Program-made: the position numbers and the translations under genes
Notes under the pieces: model-generated
The model's input: only the letters and a program-made list of their open reading frames with translations
Told to the model about the DNA's origin: nothing
Databases searched by the model: none
In this document: one piece after another, positions 60,116 through 64,000 of the stretch
How positions within the stretch are numbered: position 1 is the first letter of the stretch
Layout of the letters: each line of letters opens with the position of its first letter
From: an uncultured Lactobacillus sp.
GTDB lineage: Bacteria > Bacillota > Bacilli > Lactobacillales > Lactobacillaceae
Direction of reading: 5' to 3'
DNA: 64,000 bases
NCBI GenBank assembly: GCA_947565635.1
Contig: CANOGU010000006.1
Coordinates: 3,817-67,816 of the forward strand

Positions 60116-61870
60116 TTATTTGCTAAAGCCAGCTTCATACCAAACATTAGCAGATGGTTTTAATGACCATCCCGTAACCTTACTGTTAACTGCAGTAACC
60201 GAGTAAGCTCCACTAGTTGGAACGACGTAAGCTTTATTGTACATCCATCTTTGCCATTCATGGAATTTTTGTACTCGATAATTTTTATCAAAAGATTTGG
60301 CAGAATCAATTTCATCTAAAAGTTTAGTATTAGTTGGAGACACAAAGCGGGCAAAGTTATATGGCATTTTTTCACCATAAAATACGCTTGGAGAAGGGTC
60401 ACCGGCAGCGCCCCAGCTTCCTTCAAGTACATCAATTTTTGGATCACTAGATTTAACTGCGGCAACCCAGCGATTAAATTCCATTGGGCGACCGCCAAGA
60501 AACTTAACGTTTAGGCCGGCTTTTTTCCATTGCTGGATATAGTTGCGCCAGATCGCCTCGCTGTTTTCGCCTGATCCCCGCACAGCTATATTAATTACTA
60601 AAGGCTTACCGTTAGGCTGACGTCTGTAAAGGGCACCAGGAGCTTTTTTGTAGCCAGCTTTATCTAATAATTCATTAGCTTTATTTAAGTTATAAGAATA
60701 AGTTGGAATGTTTTTATCGTAATATGGCGTAAATTGTGAAGGAATTAGTGAATTAACTCTGAATTTTAAGCCATGATAAAAACGATTATTAATAACATCT
60801 ACATTCATAGCATAAGCCATTGCTTTTCTTAAGGCGGGGTTATTCATTTTGGCATGAGGATTTTCTACATTTTTTCCTAGTTTTTGATCCCATTTACCAA
60901 CTTTAAAGGCTAGGTAGTTGTAGCTGAGAGTCTTTTTGCCAACGAAATTAACTCCCTTAGTATTTTTGACTTGCAGCCATTGAGAGTCTAAAACACTGGC
61001 TACATCAAATTTGTGGCTTTTGATTGCTTGGGAAACATTTGAATTAGTAATATTTGACATGTAGATATGAGCAAAATTAGGTTTTCCACGCCAATAATAC
61101 GGATTTCTAGACCAGCTAGTTGATTGACCCTGAACTGTCTTATCCATCTTGTAAGGACCAAAGTAGAGGGGATGCTTTCTAACTTGATCACTAGATACTA
61201 ATTTTTCGAATGGTACTTTTTTCAAATAGTGATAAGGAGCGGCATGTTCCCAGTAAAAACCACTAGCAGCATTTAGCATTGCTGGTTTTAATTCTTTGAA
61301 ATGAAGAATTAAGGTCTTCCCGTTAGGACCATCTGGCATTTCAATTCCAGAAATTTCTTTGGCTTTTCCTTGATGATATTCAGCCATACCTTTAATATTT
61401 TCTAATGAAGAAGTATATTGAGTAGTTTGAACCTTAGGATTGGCAAGAATTTCATAAGAGTACTCTAGATCTTTGGCAACTACTGGTTTACCATCTGACC
61501 AGCGAACTTTGTCCTTTACCTTGATTTTAGCTGTATTATCGTGATGATTTAATTTTAACGTGGCAGCTCCTTTATCAGTAATTTGATATTGATCATTGAT
61601 TGAAAACAGCGACTCATCTCCCGGAGCGGCAGCCTCTACATCGGGACTGGTATCAGCAATTTCTGAGAGAAAAATTCCAGTAAAAGGTGATTCGTTTTCT
61701 AGTGCATAGGTAAGAGTGCCACCTTTTTTAATGGCTTTCTTGGGGACATTCTGAGAAAACTTGATTGTCTGATTACTGGAATCAGTTTTCTTAGCACCAC
61801 AAGCAGTTGCGAATATCGTAAGAGAGCTTGCGAGAGTTACATACAGCAGTTTGGACTTTGACATCTTCAT
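60116..61870 (-). CDS. oppA: Oligopeptide ABC transporter substrate-binding lipoprotein
   Basis: Lipobox ATAC; WSDGKPV.AKD, GPYK, NPYYWRGKP. Confidence 0.85.
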   Translation of the reverse strand: MKMSKSKLLYVTLASSLTIFATACGAKKTDSSNQTIKFSQNVPKKAIKKGGTLTYALENESPFTGIFLSEIADTSPDVEAAAPGDESLFSINDQYQITDKGAATLKLNHHDNTAKIKVKDKVRWSDGKPVVAKDLEYSYEILANPKVQTTQYTSSLENIKGMAEYHQGKAKEISGIEMPDGPNGKTLILHFKELKPAMLNAASGFYWEHAAPYHYLKKVPFEKLVSSDQVRKHPLYFGPYKMDKTVQGQSTSWSRNPYYWRGKPNFAHIYMSNITNSNVSQAIKSHKFDVASVLDSQWLQVKNTKGVNFVGKKTLSYNYLAFKVGKWDQKLGKNVENPHAKMNNPALRKAMAYAMNVDVINNRFYHGLKFRVNSLIPSQFTPYYDKNIPTYSYNLNKANELLDKAGYKKAPGALYRRQPNGKPLVINIAVRGSGENSEAIWRNYIQQWKKAGLNVKFLGGRPMEFNRWVAAVKSSDPKIDVLEGSWGAAGDPSPSVFYGEKMPYNFARFVSPTNTKLLDEIDSAKSFDKNYRVQKFHEWQRWMYNKAYVVPTSGAYSVTAVNSKVTGWSLKPSANVWYEAGFSK

Positions 61871-61917
61871 ATAAAATCTCCTTTCGTCAAAAATCCACTA
61901 ACAGCATGATTAAGAAA

Positions 61918-62185
61918 ACAAAAAGACGTCCTATTAGATCAATTTGATCCAATAGGGCGTCTTGTCGCTGTACCACCTATTTTTACTAGAAAACTAGTCT
62001 TTAATTAACGTACGGTTCAATACAGGAGAACGATACGCCGTCGCTATAAAGGGCTGTCCCTTAAACCACTCTAAATCGTAGTTTACGCTCAAAGGTGATT
62101 TTCATTAAGAATCTATCTATTTCTTCACACCAACCAGAAATTCTCTGAAAGACGATTTCCTAATTACTTTTCCTTATCAAAGCTG
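61918..62185 (-). promoter_or_regulatory. T-box riboswitch (probable AUC/Ile specifier) upstream of oppA
   Basis: Minus strand: AGTA/GAA motif, AGAGA and GGTGTGA in stem I, GAAA-ATC-ACCTT specifier loop, T-box AGGTGGTACAGCG, then terminator hairpin. Confidence 0.85.
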
Positions 62186-62552
62186 TTTGATAATAATGTT
62201 TGTGACCATAATATTACGCCGTTTTGAAAATAAGTCAACATCAAATTATATTTTTCTTATTTTTAATATAATTTTTTATTTATAGTTTAATGAGGCTTAT
62301 CAAGATGGATAAGGAATAAAAAATTCCTGATGTTAATGAAAAATAAAACGATTTCATATAAGCTAAATGTTATTAAATTTGACTCATTAATAAGACAATA
62401 AAAAAAGAAAAATCTATTTATATAGATTGATATTTGGTATAAATGTTATTTAATTTAATTAAATATTATAAAAATTTGAGCAAAAAAGAAGATTTTTTTA
62501 TTAAATAGGTCTATACTTATAATTGATTAGTAGTAGAAAGGAACTATATACT

Positions 62553-62918
62553 ATGAAAAAATTAAACACAAATAAATTAACTGATAAACAAGCTGACCTT
62601 TTTAAGAACAATTTAGTTTACATTGCTACTGTTGATGAAAATGGTAATCCACAAGTTGGTCCTAAAGGCTCAATGACAGTATTAGACCCATCTCATATGC
62701 AATATCTTGAAAAAACTAAAGGTGCAGCCTTTGAAAATATTAAAAATGGTTCAAAAGTAGCATTAGTAGCAGCTGATGTACCATCACATACTGCTGTTCA
62801 AGTTTTGGCTACGCCACATGTTCATGAAGATGATGAATATGCAAAGAAGATCGTTTCTGGTACCGATACTCCAAATGCATTTGTAGTAGTACTTGATATT
62901 GATGAAATTTTTGAATAA
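62553..62918 (+). CDS. Pyridoxamine 5'-phosphate oxidase family (FMN-binding split barrel) protein
   Basis: YIATVDENGNPQVGPKGS, ENIKNG.KVA; GAAAGGA RBS. Confidence 0.8.
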   Translation: MKKLNTNKLTDKQADLFKNNLVYIATVDENGNPQVGPKGSMTVLDPSHMQYLEKTKGAAFENIKNGSKVALVAADVPSHTAVQVLATPHVHEDDEYAKKIVSGTDTPNAFVVVLDIDEIFE

Positions 62919-63077
62919 TTATAGAAAAGATATTTTTCTGTCTACATTTTAAATTATTTAATAAAGAGACTAGGTATTTAAGAATACTTAGTCTTTTTTG
63001 TTATAAAACTTGCTTATTTTCTATATTAATGTAAGATTAAAATTAATTAAATTGATGAAGACAAAAGGAGAGATATA

Positions 63078-64000
63078 ATGGGTGCCTTATCTGAACAAGA
63101 ATTAGCGGCTTTTTCTGCAGACTTTAACAAAAATGATAAAAATAAAATTGCTTCTAGAGCTGCACGTCGAAGTGGATTATTTGAAGCATCATTTAATGAT
63201 GAAGTTTCAAAGCGATTAAATCACACTTTTTCAACTGAATTAGATATCGGTGGAGTTACTGATCAAAAGCATTCTGGACGTTGTTGGGAATTTGCTACTT
63301 TAAATGTTTTGCGTCATCATTTTGGCCAAAAGTATCATGTTAAAGATTTTACTTTCTCACAAGCTTATAATTTCTTTTGGGATAAGATTGAGAGAGCAAA
63401 TGCTTTTTATGATAGTATGATTCGCTTAGCTGATAAACCAATTGATGATCGTGAAGTCGAAACTTGGTTTGACTTTGCAGGTCAAGATGGTGGATTGTGG
63501 CAAATGGCTATTAATCTGGTTAAAAAATATGGTGTTGTTCCATCATATGCAATGCCAGAAAATGCAACTTCAAATAATACTAGTGCTTTAATCGATTCCT
63601 TAGCTCGTAAAGAAAGAAAAGATGCTTTGGTACTTCGTAAATTAGTTCAAGAAGGTAAGCTAGAAGAAGCTGAAAAAGCTAAGAGGGAATTTTTAAATGA
63701 GGTTTACCGAATGGCAGCAGTTGCTTTGGGTGAGCCACCTAAGAAATTTGATTTAGAGTACCGAGACGACGATAAGAAATATCATTTAGAAAAGGATTTA
63801 ACGCCACGTCAATTTGCTGAAAAATATTTAAAAGACTTTAATTGGGATGATTACGTTGTTTTATTGAATTCACCTAATTATGATTACAACAAACGCTATC
63901 ACCAAGGTTTATACGATAATGTGGCTGGTGGTACTCCGATTACTGGCCTAAATGTACCAATTGAAATTTTGGCAAGAGCAGCTGCAGCCCAATTGAAAGA
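63078..64000 (+). CDS. C1B cysteine aminopeptidase (PepC/PepE/PepG family), truncated by window end
   Basis: AAGGAG RBS; MGALSEQ...DQKHSGRCWEFA catalytic Cys motif, FWDKIERAN, DGGLW, KYGVVP. Confidence 0.9.
   Translation, partial: MGALSEQELAAFSADFNKNDKNKIASRAARRSGLFEASFNDEVSKRLNHTFSTELDIGGVTDQKHSGRCWEFATLNVLRHHFGQKYHVKDFTFSQAYNFFWDKIERANAFYDSMIRLADKPIDDREVETWFDFAGQDGGLWQMAINLVKKYGVVPSYAMPENATSNNTSALIDSLARKERKDALVLRKLVQEGKLEEAEKAKREFLNEVYRMAAVALGEPPKKFDLEYRDDDKKYHLEKDLTPRQFAEKYLKDFNWDDYVVLLNSPNYDYNKRYHQGLYDNVAGGTPITGLNVPIEILARAAAAQLK

Noticed and set aside
1-64000. CRISPR arrays, IS elements, prophage or rRNA genes
   Set aside because: No regularly spaced repeats, transposase or phage ORFs, or rRNA-like sequence seen.

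Overview
Low-GC Firmicute chromosome segment. Gene content suggests a Lactobacillus of the gasseri/johnsonii group (inference). Most of it is housekeeping: an amino-acid ABC transporter, the pstSCAB1B2-phoU operon, dps, rbsK-rpiA, a nucleoside hydrolase, xfp, hpt, mnaA/wecB, map, galU, an opu-type ABC transporter, an alarmone synthetase with a two-component system, pepX, pepN, glmS, an MFS efflux pump, a T-box-controlled oppA and a C1B aminopeptidase. There are two solitary tRNA-Arg genes. The standout is a ~5.4 kb AT-rich island (13546-18915) between rpiA and the nucleoside hydrolase. It carries an Rgg/RopB-like regulator, a perfect 38-bp palindrome, and an unannotated 8-codon leaderless peptide ORF (MFIPWYPL) with a textbook RBS. 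It also carries a class III lanthipeptide synthetase split into separate lyase-kinase and cyclase genes, an unannotated 42-aa precursor (VVDLQDL leader, SSLSCGC core) and an ABC exporter. Together these look like a peptide-signal-controlled, two-protein class III lanthipeptide system. Other accessory signals are an integrase-less islet at tRNA-Arg(UCU) bounded by ~56-bp direct repeats, a second micro-ORF (METSSSTMYWILF) behind pepX, an HTH-antitoxin/Fic pair, an orphan bacteriocin immunity gene and several disrupted genes.
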